64,000 bases of DNA. Source: Neoechinorhynchus agilis (lineage: Eukaryota > Animalia > Acanthocephala). The notes under the pieces are model-generated. The model was not told the origin of the DNA and ran no database searches. It was given only the letters and a program-made list of their open reading frames with translations. Positions 12,421 through 24,596 of the stretch are shown in pieces (the first letter of the stretch is position 1; every line of letters starts with the position of its first letter). Made by a program: the position numbers and the translations under genes. The stretch lies in contig CM121343.1 in NCBI GenBank assembly GCA_051530055.1, positions 2,512,389 to 2,576,388 on the forward strand, in the 5' to 3' direction.

Positions 12421-12898
12421 CTCTTTTTGTCTTCAATTCTTAGCCTTAAAGAACTTGACTGGGCAAGGATAATTATGAGAAGATAGAACTCCGTAGCTAT
12501 TGCTTAGCTTTTTTAGACCGACAAAATAAAAGTCATTTTAAAATTTCCGTTTTAAGAGAGATTGGATTTAACAAAAATTCTTGCGTTCATTATCCTTTTC
12601 GTTGTTCATGAACAGAATGTGCACTTGTCTAGTTGAAATGGGGCAGGAACCTCCGCTTCTACACTCTCTTTCAAGATCCAAGTGAAGCACTTTAACAGTT
12701 CACACTTCACGATCATTCTCCGCATGAATCCATTGCATTGGAAAGTGTTAGCTATTCAAATATTGCCGGCGATTCCACAATCCGAGCTAAATATCTGCTC
12801 ATTCTGAAGGAATTATATCAACTATTTTGTGTTATGCCCTTTACCGTATTTCAAAACACACTGCACCCACAAATCTATTGCCCTCATTTAAACTTTAA

Positions 12899-14385
12899 TC
12901 AGCTTTTTGAAGGTTCTGGGTTTTCCTCATCTTCCACCTTTCGTTGCTCAATTTCCTCATACGTTGGCAACTCGGGTTTGGTTTCCTCGGAAAGAGTGCT
13001 GCCACTCTTGGGTATTTCAACGTATTCATAAATATTTTCGCAAAATGGTATATTGGATCGTTTTATAACACGCATCTCAACTGATCCACTATTATGTCCA
13101 GTCAGCTCTCGTGAGTTAAGATAATTTATCATTTCCGAGACATCCGCTCGTATGTATCGCATTGTTCTCCTATTCATAAGATTGAAGTTATTCGAATTTT
13201 GAACATATAGTGACTCGCCTGTTTTTACAAAAGACTAAAATTGAAGATACAGCGGCGGCTGCACTTAAAAAGGCCACACATGCGACCAAGTAATGAAGAT
13301 ATGCCAATCGAGGCGAATGGATAATTATGGATTCGTTTGCATTTCCAGCTGAAAAAAGAGCTTTAAAAGCAGCTTTTACTTCTTTAACATTAGTGAATTG
13401 TTCGATTGTTGCGTTTGGTCTAGTCGGAACTGCACAATAGAACAAAGAGAATCCTCGGAATTTTTTCCATGAGTTGGCATAGTCGGTATGAAATCGAAGT
13501 GTTAAGTTCGACGGATTTAGGAAAATGACTGAGTTCCTTTTCTCTCCTGAGAGTCGTGTTATTAATTGCTTTGTTTTCGAATCGATAAGATCTAGGAAAT
13601 CATTTGGTTCTTTTTTCCAGAAGCGGAATTTACTGCGACCTTCAAGTTGCAGGTCACTGAGGAATAAAAACAAGCTAAAAACGAATTATTTAGTATGATT
13701 TCCTGGAAGTAAAATTACCTTTGTCCCTCAGAAATCGTAAGATGTAGTTCGCATGCAATATTGTTTGGATATCCGTTAGGATAGTTTGGTGAATTGATGA
13801 AACCTCCAGAATGGTCGTTCGACGCATTTATTAGCTTTAAATTACAAATGCTCCGACTAGTATAGTTCGGATGGCCAATATCTAAAATAAAAACACGAAT
13901 AAGCAAAGCATAATTGTTATTTTGAATTTTCAAACTCACCCGGTACATAGAAATAGGTGAATTGCACCGTATGCAGATGATCGTTTCGCGGGGCATAGTA
14001 GCGGACTTTACACTTTCGCTTTAAATGGCATTTTTGGGCCACATCGTACGGAATTTGATTAGAAACGTAGACGTGATTTGGTTGTGAATCCCCACGAGAG
14101 TTGTGATATGTGATGATCTGGTACAGATGAATTGTATGACCCTTTAACTCATTTATAAAGAAATCCTCGCCATCAATCAAAGGTCGGGTGTACTGGACAC
14201 TGTTTGAAAACTCACCTAAGCTCAAAAACTCTTATTTTAATACGCGCATCTGCATACAAGGCAAATATTCTCTTATTTTAAACATCATGTAAATATCAAT
14301 GGGAAGAGAGATTCTTAGGCCACAAACCTCCGACAAATCCAGGCCAAGCAACTGAGAATAGTATCCACAAATGCATCTTCAACAT
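12899..14385 (-). CDS. Type I membrane protein: signal peptide, degenerate SUEL-lectin-like segment, CUB domain, TM helix, Tyr-motif tail (~407 aa)
   Basis: Exons 14385-14328, 14215-13940, 13881-13719, 13674-13219 and 13169-12899 join in frame (1224 nt). CUB motifs GFINSPNYPNGYPNNIAC, NDFLDL, LTLRFHTD, FRGFSLFY; TM YLVACVAFLSAAAAVSSILVFC. The last intron is GC-AG; the first acceptor is ambiguous. Confidence 0.8.
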
Positions 14386-17300
14386 CTTAAATCGTAGGTT
14401 GATAAGGCGGAGGACTCCAAAAGCACGCGCAAACGCGCAAAAAAATCCATGATTGCCGCCGTATTTTTGGCATACGCGATCCACCGACGGCTCCACGCGT
14501 CGTCATAGCTACGTGGAGCATTTTGGCAGGCGCCGGGGAATCGACGACGAGTTGATCGATCTATGATTGCCAATCAATTGGGTTGCGTTCAAAAACACAC
14601 TCAGAGCGTGCAATAGGCCATTAACCTCGGTGACTCACACATCACGATACGCTTAGGACGGGATGGATAGATTTGGGAAACGACTACTGAGATATTATCC
14701 GGAGTGTGTTGGAATCCGTCTGCGTGTTACAAGATCATGTACAGACGACGAACTGGTAGTGCAGCAGCGCCTCTATACGCAATTGTACTGATGCGTACGT
14801 GCTGCCGGCTATTGGGGGGGAGGGAGGCTACAGTGCGTGCGCACCAAATCGGGATTGGTTAGCCGCTCTTACCTTCCACCGGTTAGAAATGTTAACCATC
14901 AGGAGGTAGTGCCGAAGATTTCTTTGTTGGAGGTAATCACCCGCTGTGCTTATTCAGACGAATGACAAACAGGACGGTTCAATCACATCGAAATGTCATC
15001 TAAATTTGATGAAAAATCTTCAAAAACAATGGTGTATGCGATACGAATGTAATCAAATGGAAGCTGCTTAAGTTGTACGACTCTATTAAAAAGGGCATCC
15101 TAAGGAAAATCTCCAAGCTCACCTACATTTCTGCAGGAATGGACTGAGAGATTTTACATCAATTCAACATCATAATTAAGGTAATGTTCCTTATCCAACT
15201 TGCGATCAACTTTATTGCTTGTATTTCAAAAGTATGATAGCAAAAACCATGTTTCGTTTTCTCTACACTTCGAAGCTCATCCTGTATTCACGGCAGTCAT
15301 TTTTATTTTACTTCAAGAGTTTCCCTCGCGTTCGTAAATCGAGATTTTATTCATATCCTTATCGGCCAACATGATACGATTTGTTACAATGTTAAGTACC
15401 GATCAAAATCGATTGTACAAACAAAATAGGCGTTCTTTTGCTCAATAGTTTCTTCAGATAATTTTTCTTTCAATATTTCTGAGTTTTTACAATAGCACAA
15501 AACGTGCAATCACCACCGTCCGCAAAATTGGAGCTTCTCTGCAATTTCTAGTCTACAAAAGTTCTCGCTGAATGTAATCCGTGATCTCATTTTATATCTA
15601 GTTTCTCGATTGGTACAATAATTGATCCTCTAAAATTTAAAATATCTTTACTTTTAGAAACCGTGCTTATAACACAAATAAGATTTCCTCATTATGAATG
15701 AACGCACGCATAAACCTTCAAATAATACATTGCTCTCGGATGTTTTCGGTTTAAACATTAAGTTAACTTTTTATCTGCTATAGAGTTTTGAATATTAAAG
15801 AGAAACTTATTCAGATGGATACAATAAAGGTGTCACAAAGTGCAATTAAGTTTGCTACCTTTTTTTGCATTATTTTAACCTCGTCGTTTTGGAGTAAAAA
15901 CTTAAAAAAATTAAACAGTAGACATAAAATGACTAAAAATCGTAATCACTAATAAGTGCAATAATTATAGGCTAACAATTTCGAAACGCTTGTCCGTAAT
16001 CGCAGTTGGACAATCGCAACAAGAAATGGCAAAAGTTGTGTTAGAATTTGAAAGTCGGCGTATAACGTTTCTACCCGGAGTTGTATTTCCGGATCTGAAA
16101 GGTGATACATTACTAGAAATGACACAACTACGATCGCATTGCACATTTTGGAATCTTTATTGTTTGGATAAATGGCAATACTTCACTCACTGCATCATTC
16201 TCGGTTACGTGATTCGTTTAATTGTCAAAAACGATTTGATAGATGTCTCTGATAGATACTATCGACCTACTAAAAAGAATGGGTAGGAAACTTTATCATG
16301 AAACGCAATAAGCTTTGTTTGAGTCCACGACTATGAAGTTGAAAAGTAAATTCTGGTTGCTGCGAACTCGCGCCCCCAAAAACCGCTCTCTTGTAGCACC
16401 AATAATTTTTGTTGATAATGATCATAGACTTCTTTTCAAAGAACTCATTGTGTATACTCGTGATTCGGTGTTAATAACAATTGACTTCGAGCACTACTGG
16501 CATCTATCCGTTACTGTTGATTATATTTCTCTATGAGTGGAAACTACGACCTATGAGACATTTTGTCGACTTTTAAAAGGAGTGAATTTATTTTGGGACA
16601 TACGATTTTGCTCGAAGGAATAAAATTTGAAATTGCGTCCATACTTTGCGGATCGAATAACGTTTATGGAAGGACGAATTGCGTTTTATTTCCAGAGTTA
16701 AGATTATGGTGAAATTCAACAAAAGGTTTTCCGATCGCATGTTTAAAAGCGTTTTCCACTTCAGAGAGTGAAAAGAAAAGTTTGAAAAAGGTTTTTCAAG
16801 CATAGGTTAAAATTTCATAAAGGAATTAAAAATCTTCATTTGTTATTACAGTTATTCCAGAAATTATTGTGTGGGTGAATTCTAATTCATGTAATATAAA
16901 TTTTTTCATCATGCGCACAGGAATGTTTTTCTCATGGGTGGGAGTAAATGGATAGCATTTCGTTCCCTTAAAATTAGAACGCTATGTTTAATAGAATCCT
17001 GAATTGGCAGTTGGAATGCACAGGGGAAAATCGACTGAAAATCAAAATAACTTTGGTAGAAAAATTATTTGTTTTTATTTTTACTCTGTGCGGATGTAAA
17101 AATTTAGCACTGGAATCGTAATTCAAAGACATTTAATTTTTAACAATTTTTTTGAAAATGATTAAATAACCATTTATTTCCGCAATATCCAGGCGAAATA
17201 CTTCACTTTTATGTTTAAACATTAAATTGGTCTTTTTTATGTAAGTTTGATAAAGGCGCAATATTGTACCGGAATATCGGGCTTAATAAAGTTCCTTCAA

Positions 17301-17848
17301 TTTTTCCATCATAGAAACACTTTACTTTTAAGCCCGCTAGGCGCATTCCGACTAATGATTAATCAAAAATAATTTATTTCAATTTTATAAAATCCCCACG
17401 AGTTTTGCTTGTAAATACTTCTTAATTCATAAAGCCTGCATAAATATTAAAATTGAGTTTTTCTCCTATCGTGCTTTAGAAATGACCGCCTGTTTGACCT
17501 TTAATCGATTTCCAATATGTTTATTGAGCCTCCTTTTATTAGTGTGTAACGTTGGCAATATTTTTAGGGGCTAATGAGACATGTGAAAAGCTTGGATTGA
17601 TATGCGCACTCATTGAGACAACATTTCATTTAGGTCTTGCATGAAGAATCACGTAGTACCGTCACTAAACGTCGTCTAAACTCACGCAGAAACTTCGTGA
17701 TTTCTCTTAGTCATAGTAACGTACGAAAACGACTCTCCTTGCGCGATTTGGACAAAAATTCAATGAATAACCCTTCGTCCTCATGAGGTGAACTTAAAAA
17801 AAACCTTAAATATTTCTGATTTTAGATTCAGACTTACCGAAAGGAGCC

Positions 17849-19048
17849 ATGCGAGTGGAAATCAATGCTGCACTGAATTTTTTATCTCATTACTTCTATT
17901 CGAAATTGCCGCGAAGAAGAGTGAACGTTTTTCTCGATCACGTGGAAGAGATTTTAGTTGAGAGATACCGGTCGCATTGGTATCCTGAAAAACCGAGTAA
18001 GGGTTCCGCATATCGTTGCATAAAATTAAACTCACATAAAAGCGATCCGTTGCTGACCGAAGCTGCCTCAAAGGCAGAATTTGATCCAGGTGAAATATTT
18101 AGCTGTCTCCCTGAAGATCTAACGATATGGATTGACCCAGGAGAAGTTTCTTATAGAATTGGAACCAGAGGACAACCGATAGTCATTCATGATGCTTCTC
18201 AAGAGAGCGAACAAATATTTTCCAGTTCTGATTTAAGCTGCGATCAAATTTCACCGAGCCCGTCAATGGCTTCTAGTTCAGTGGTTCTTTACCTCATCAT
18301 ATGAAGGATCACCAAGGTAAAGAATCACTGCTATGAATGTAACAATCGAGGAACGCCCGTTCCTTTCCTTTTGAAATATGGTGCTGTCGTGAAAAGTCCT
18401 TTTCCAGGACGTGATTCGGCTTCATCGAGCCGATCATCCCCCTTATTCACTACATCCAATTTTGCTAAAACACGTTTTGGCAGTACAAGATTAAAAAATG
18501 AATACAAGCGAGCGTTTAACACTGATGTTACAGATTATTGCAGTCCAGGAGCTTATCGCCCTGTGTTGATTCCGCAAATGTCCACTGTAGAGCTCCCAGA
18601 AAGATTTCGTAATCCATACATGCACACTCCAGCGGTTCCTTACGAAGAATGGTTAGATTAGTTGGCGGTTAAAAATGCAGGGAACCACTGATCTACATCG
18701 CAATCTAGGAAACCTCGGTTTGATGCCAATTTAAATCTGAATCCATACTTTACAGCTTTTCCAGAGTATCAAACGCGGGGACGAATCTTTACCTATCCGT
18801 TACAACAGTCGCAAATGTTAACAGTTGCTAACAATCAACCCTCACAGTATCATCCTTCTAACAATTTGTATGCTAACGTGCTTTATAACTCACAGGAGTT
18901 TACCGTTCCGTCGACTGAAATCGACACATGGATGCTGATAAACTCGAACTCGAATGCATACCGACAAAGCATGATGATTGGACCTCAAACTATAATGCCT
19001 CAACAAATTGATCGATACTACAATCATGTGGCATTCCAAAGACAATGA
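17849..19048 (+). CDS. Tob: BTG/Tob family antiproliferative protein, Tob type
   Basis: BTG boxes HWYPEKPSKGSAYRCI and LPEDLTIWIDPGEVSYRIG; Tob motif FTTSNFAKTRFGSTRLK at about 18444-18495; 57-nt intron 18652-18708 removes two in-frame stops. The junction around 18225-18407 is unresolved. Confidence 0.9.
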
Positions 19049-19205
19049 TAGCATTTCTTAATGTCGATTATGAATTGAAAATCGCACTCGATAGTCCCGA
19101 ATGTAAATGTTTTATAACAATAAGCACTTGTGCTAGCAGACTGACTTTAGCACTGTTACCTGTATTGTAACCACCATTTTTATATCCGTTCTTTTACAAG
19201 AACCC

Positions 19206-19211
19206 AATAAA
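19206..19211 (+). terminator. Candidate polyadenylation signal of Tob
   Basis: AATAAA about 160 nt after the stop codon; position-based only. Confidence 0.35.
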
Positions 19212-19805
19212 ATGTCTTTACAGTCTTATCGGACACTAATTTTCGAGATGCTTTAAATATTAGCTTTCATGTGCTCCAAGGGACTTGGTACTGACAGTTA
19301 TGAAGGAACGACTGCGAACAATACGTCAGTCATGTCAAAAAGTCAATAAGCTCTATAAGGGTGCTGCTGCCGGAGAACCACTTTGATTGCCATAATTTCC
19401 CGTAAAGGCTGGGGTTCTAAAGCTACGCCTAGTCTTATTCACATTCAAAAACAAGTGAAATTCGAAGCCAACTCAAATTGCAAATCAATTAAGGCATTGT
19501 GGCAAGAAACAGAATTTTCTCTAACTGTTTAGTTTGTTCAATTTTATATCTAAAAGCAACGATACAAAATATTTTTATCACTCTTTTAAACTGTTTTGCA
19601 GTTTTAAAATAAAGAACAAAAATTCAATTCTGTGGCTTCGATTTCCCTCAGCAATGTAGGAAGAGCACAAGTAGTGCAGCGCATCCTTCCATGCTTTCTG
19701 TTGTCTGCAGCTGGCTCCTTAAAGACGTGGAAAATACGAACAATGCTGATAAATTTTATCGACTTTTTGTCTTGGATTATTATGTTGAGGGGAAAGGATG
19801 TTTCC

Positions 19806-19921
19806 TTTTGGTAGTTTTGTTAAGCCCAGATTTAAATTCATGAGAAACCTTGATAATGTCGAAATTATTGGACGTGAAATAAATCAGCGAATTTAAATCC
19901 ATGGTGGCAAAACTACCAAAA
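19806..19921. mobile_element. MITE-like inverted repeat (GGTAGTTTT...GATTTAAATTC family)
   Basis: ttttggtagttttg...gatttaaattc pairs with gaatttaaatc...caaaactaccaaaa; related arms occur near 29450-29510, 33546-33688 and 61948-62323. Confidence 0.65.
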
Positions 19922-21124
19922 ACAGGATCATTTCCTTCGTAAATTGAAGCTTGAAGATATCCGCATACACTTACCGAAATATTTTATAATATGTTATTTT
20001 GCAACTATTTTAGGGACTTTACCCAAAAACTACAAAAATAGTTGGGATTTTTAAATTGCCGAAGAAATCAACCTTTCTCTCCATGGTAAAACGGTAATCG
20101 ATTTTTTATTGAAGCCATTAGCAATCACTGTTTATGATGTTGCAGTAAATTCCTGGTAGTTTTTGCGTAATTGACCCGTTCGCACCTTGCCTGCTGGGTC
20201 CATTTTTTAACTTTTTTGAGCACTGAGTGGAACTAATATTTAATCCACGCGGAATCCATTTCGCCAAATCTAAGACATTTATAGCATTTGTTTTAATCTG
20301 TAGGCGATTTGGAAGATTTGCCCAATATTTATGACCGTAATTTTTAATTAGTACTAAAGGGTGTATTTTAGGCTTATGGCTTGCGATTTGCTTTAAAGAT
20401 TTTCGCTAACAATGTGTTGCATCCAGATTCTTGATTGTTGGCTGAAGTATAAATGGAGTCGACTTGAAAGCAAAGCATGCTTTGCCTACCAGACCGAACT
20501 GTGGCTGGGGTGAAGAAATGAGTGCTTTGAGCGTCTTCTTTTAAAAATTACGGAGAAAAGTACACTTAAATAACGCCATGTCGAGTTGATAAAGTAAGAG
20601 TATGACGGTTCTCTTAAGTACGGGGCTTAATCATATAATGAGGAATTTCAAAATGAATTAAAGCATCCATGCATCACTAACGGACCGGGCTTTATTTGCG
20701 ATTATGAATTGATGGAATTTCCTTAGATTATTACGCAAAATATGCACTGTCGATAATTAGCTTGAAATTATGAATATTTTTAATGGCATTAATGTTACAT
20801 TGAAGTGGGGCTCTTTAAGACCCTTTATTTGTGCATGTTTGTATTCAACTTTCGATTTTTATCGGATAGATGTTATAGGTTGTTAATGTGGTATACCGAG
20901 ATCGCAAAAGACTGCGATAATGGGCATAATTTGTTTCATAAAACGATGTTTTCCTTTTTGTGCTTTAGCGATAATCAGAAAATTAGTTCTATCTTTTATG
21001 GCAGTTTAGTGGAGAAAAGTTTCTTTAAAAGAGTTCGGGTTTACTCTCAAGTAGTTGGGAAACCGTTTGTTTCGGATTATCAGCTATGGCTTTATATGTA
21101 GATGATTATCAATTGATAAGGGAA

Positions 21125-22029
21125 ATGTCCGGCACAAATGTAACAGTGAGCGTCTACGACACCGATGGAGCAGTATCATATACGGTTATTGTCGTGTGCT
21201 GGTACTCCGTAGGCCTGCTGGGTATACTTTACAACAAATTTCGCAGTGAGTTAAAAACTGCACAGGTTGTGTATGCGTTGAAAAGGAAACAATCATTAAA
21301 CCGTTCTACAGCATTCAAATCTTGGTGGCGACCGATTCTGAATTCCATTCGCACATCACTTAACAAGTTGTCCAAAATAAGACGACGTCCAGTGGAGCGA
21401 ATGGATGAGAGACAGTCTAAACGAAAAAATACAATTAGTTCTCTTGATGGACAAACAAGTCTTTTTATATATTCCAGCGCTAGTCATCACCGAAGTCAAC
21501 TTTTTGAGTCCGATTATGAGCATCTAAGGGTTCTTGAAACCCTCGCTGATATCAACTACAGATCAAGAGCTTGGAATGCATATTTTGGAAAGGGAAAGTT
21601 ACCTAACGCCTTACAATTGTCTGAAAGTGCAACTTTAGCCCAAATTAAAAAGCGCATGAGTGCTCTTCAGTTTGATATTTCCATGCAGTCTAGAATCAGG
21701 AATAGCTCCCTGACAGCCGCAGCTACTGCTCAAATGCCCTTTCAAGCATCAGGGACCTCAACAATGGCACAAAACGCTGCTCAACAAGTTCTACCTTCAC
21801 AACCTTTATTCGGTAAATTGTATCCGTTGAATATGCTAGTTTGAATTTGATACCAGATCGAGAAGGGTCAGATTCAGACTCTCTAGACTATCAGTTTCAT
21901 CTTGTACACGATTTGGATTGTCTCTACGTCGAAATAACGTTCCTAGAGGACAGTGGAGCGATCGAACGTACAAAAACTCTACTGTTACTCGCTCAAGGTT
22001 CACAAAGTCTCAATTCCGCCGCATGTTGA
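21125..22029 (+). CDS. Uncharacterised type III single-pass membrane protein (~286 aa)
   Basis: ATG at 21125; NVT sequon, no signal peptide, TM AVSYTVIVVCWYSVGLLGILY followed by a basic stretch. A 44-nt GT-AG intron (21813-21856) joins to the 21841-22029 ORF in frame (861 nt). Confidence 0.75.
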
Positions 22030-24442
22030 CTGGATGCGCAGAGGAATCACAAAAGGAAGTATTGAGCACAGTAGGCAATTCAGCAAAGAAACGGCTGCAC
22101 TCATTGTAATTACAAACCTTCACAAGATCCGGGTTGATACTTCGTCGATTCTGCATTAGAACTTATGTTAGTTTTGAATTGTGACTGAAGATCAGCCAAG
22201 TTGCCAAGCAGTGCCTTTTTCATTATGACTTCGACTGTTATAATGATTTCTTTTTAGCGCTGTTATCTTGTACTTAAAATCGAACAAATTCCTTGTTCTC
22301 GGAAATAGCGTCGCCTTCAATAAATGTTGAAAATCTTTTACTGTGGCTATCGTGTGTTCGAAAATAAAGCACATAAAGATTCAGAGATGAAGGACTGTGC
22401 TTTCAAATTTGCATAGCTTCTTTAAGAAAGGAAATAAAGAGGCTTGATTTTATTGAGAGAAATCACTTCAAACAACTCTAAGCTTGTAGTGATCATTAAT
22501 AACCCCCTTAAAATAACCTTAAATATACAGTAAAATTCAATTATAACCTTTAGTGATCTCATTAGCGATGAATTTACTAAAAAATGCTTTACCGAAGACT
22601 GAATTGCTCTTCAATATAAGTAGTTTGAGATATTTGTTCATTGTACAAGTAGATGATAGTATGAAGATGTGAATGTAAATCGCTTTTTGTAGAGCTTTCA
22701 TTAATTTGGCAGTATAGAGGATGTGTAATTTCATCTTCCTTCTGTGATCCTCCCTGGAATAAGACGGGAACATGAGAATATTTTGGGATAAAATCGAAGG
22801 CTTCATGTTGACAGAAATACGCCATGCAATCGAGACTAATGAAGATGTGAGTTTACTGAATATTATTAATCTTGGCTTGAACGAAAAAAGATATTAGTTG
22901 CACCAGTTTCAACGGTCTCCCGAAAAGGAAACATAATTTTTCCACATATAATCGAATAATTTTAGTACTTATTTGCATTTTAGAGTGTTCGTTGTTATAT
23001 GCTAAGCCCATGTTTTTGAGAACTTTAGTTTTTGAAGCCTGAACCCCACATAATTAGTTTTGTAGAAAGTGTTGATTTTTCATTATTTGAGTGCTCTGTA
23101 TAAAAGACTGGCGACTAAGCCGTTTCAAGTATGACATATTCATTTCTTACAAGCCATTTTTCCAACTTATAAAAGTTCCGATGGAAAATGAGGAACATCC
23201 TCATCCTCCATTGCCTCGAGAATTCTGAATCGGTCGCTGATAAAATATAGTTGGATGCCTTGGAATCTGTTGTTGTTTACTCGACCAACCATTTTCCAAC
23301 CTTGCTTAAAAATTCTGCGGTGATTGGTCGTTTACATTTTGCTGCATTTAAAGTTTGAGGTCACCTATATTATCCAAGGTCGAAATATGCAAATATTTTG
23401 ATAAATTTGAGCCTTGTGTTTAGTAGACATCTAAATGAGCCGTCAACACACAATGACTATTGTCGGTTTTGTGTAGTTGCTTTTCTTGTACGCATGACTT
23501 TACTAATCGATTTTGCCCTAATCGGATATGCAGGTCCTCAATTAGCCCCTGGGGTTTAATAAACTTTATTCAGATTTTGTAGATCTACCATGCAGTGTTA
23601 CTTCGGTTGCCAGCGTGATTTGGAAGCTATCGCAACACTCCCATGAATTGTGCTCGTAAGTTCACGATTGTCTTTGTGATCCAAATATGACATCAAATCA
23701 TAGGACTTTTTGTTTTGTGATATAAATCTTCCTTTTACTGAGAAGAGAATGGGCTATAAACGATTTAATTGATTGGATTCATTGAGAATGTATGCGCCGA
23801 GTTCCAATTGATCCCCGACGACGTGGCATTAGTAATGAAAATCAGATTTCATCGAGCAAGAGTCATCGCAACAAAGTGAGTAATTGAAATCGTTCGCATT
23901 TATTAATTAAAAGTGACTTTCTTTTCATAATGAGCTTAACGATCACAACGAACGTTTTAAGTACAAGCTTAACCGAAAATTACGGTGATTTTGATTGACG
24001 ACTAGGCATCCACGCCAAGTCTAAATAACTTTCAATGAGTGATATTCGTTTCTCGTCTAAAAAGCAATCCATGAAATTAGCTTTGCAGCAATCACTCATA
24101 ACGAATAGACACTTATAATCCTTACTCTTAGCAACTGGAAAAGATTGTTTTGTATTAAAAATACATCGCAAGAGTGAGAAACTACCTTTGCAGAATCAAT
24201 TGCTCAGAAGTTGTTACTTCAAAAATGGATACTATCGATATTAGTTTGCCAAGACAAGCAAGTAAAACGCCGTGTGGCTCAAATGAAAACGTTGCGGAAA
24301 ATGTAAGTTGTGCGATGAAGGCGTGGAGATCATAATTAATTTGAAGACACTTCGTTAGCTAGGAGTAAGACTGCCTTAGCTTACTTGGAGTGCGTGAACT
24401 CGGTTTAGATCCATCCTAGACTTGATGCGCGTTACGACGCGG

Positions 24443-24450
24443 TATATAAA
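24443..24450 (+). promoter_or_regulatory. Candidate TATA box of the choline transporter gene
   Basis: TATATAAA in a GC-richer block about 150 nt upstream of the ATG at 24597. Confidence 0.4.
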
Positions 24451-24596
24451 ATTGAAGAGAAAATTGCTTAGTCGGGTTCGTGCTTGTTGCCGCTTGTTTT
24501 TGGAGTGTGGATACAACTACTCTCTAAATCAATAAAGCGCCAATCATTGTCTTGACTGAACTCCATTTGAGCTACAATTAGCGATTTTAAAGAATA

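Noticed and set aside
15930-16540. Stop-poor plus-strand stretch (98-aa ORF AKVVLEFESRRITFLPG...)
   Set aside because: No ATG or splice context and no recognisable motif. Similar unidentifiable decayed-ORF-like stretches at 22.4-24.2 kb and 31.3-31.6 kb were also left uncalled.
23545-23556. CCCCTGGGG as a COE/UNC-3 site for the cholinergic gene
   Set aside because: It is an imperfect single match about 1 kb upstream, which is expected by chance.
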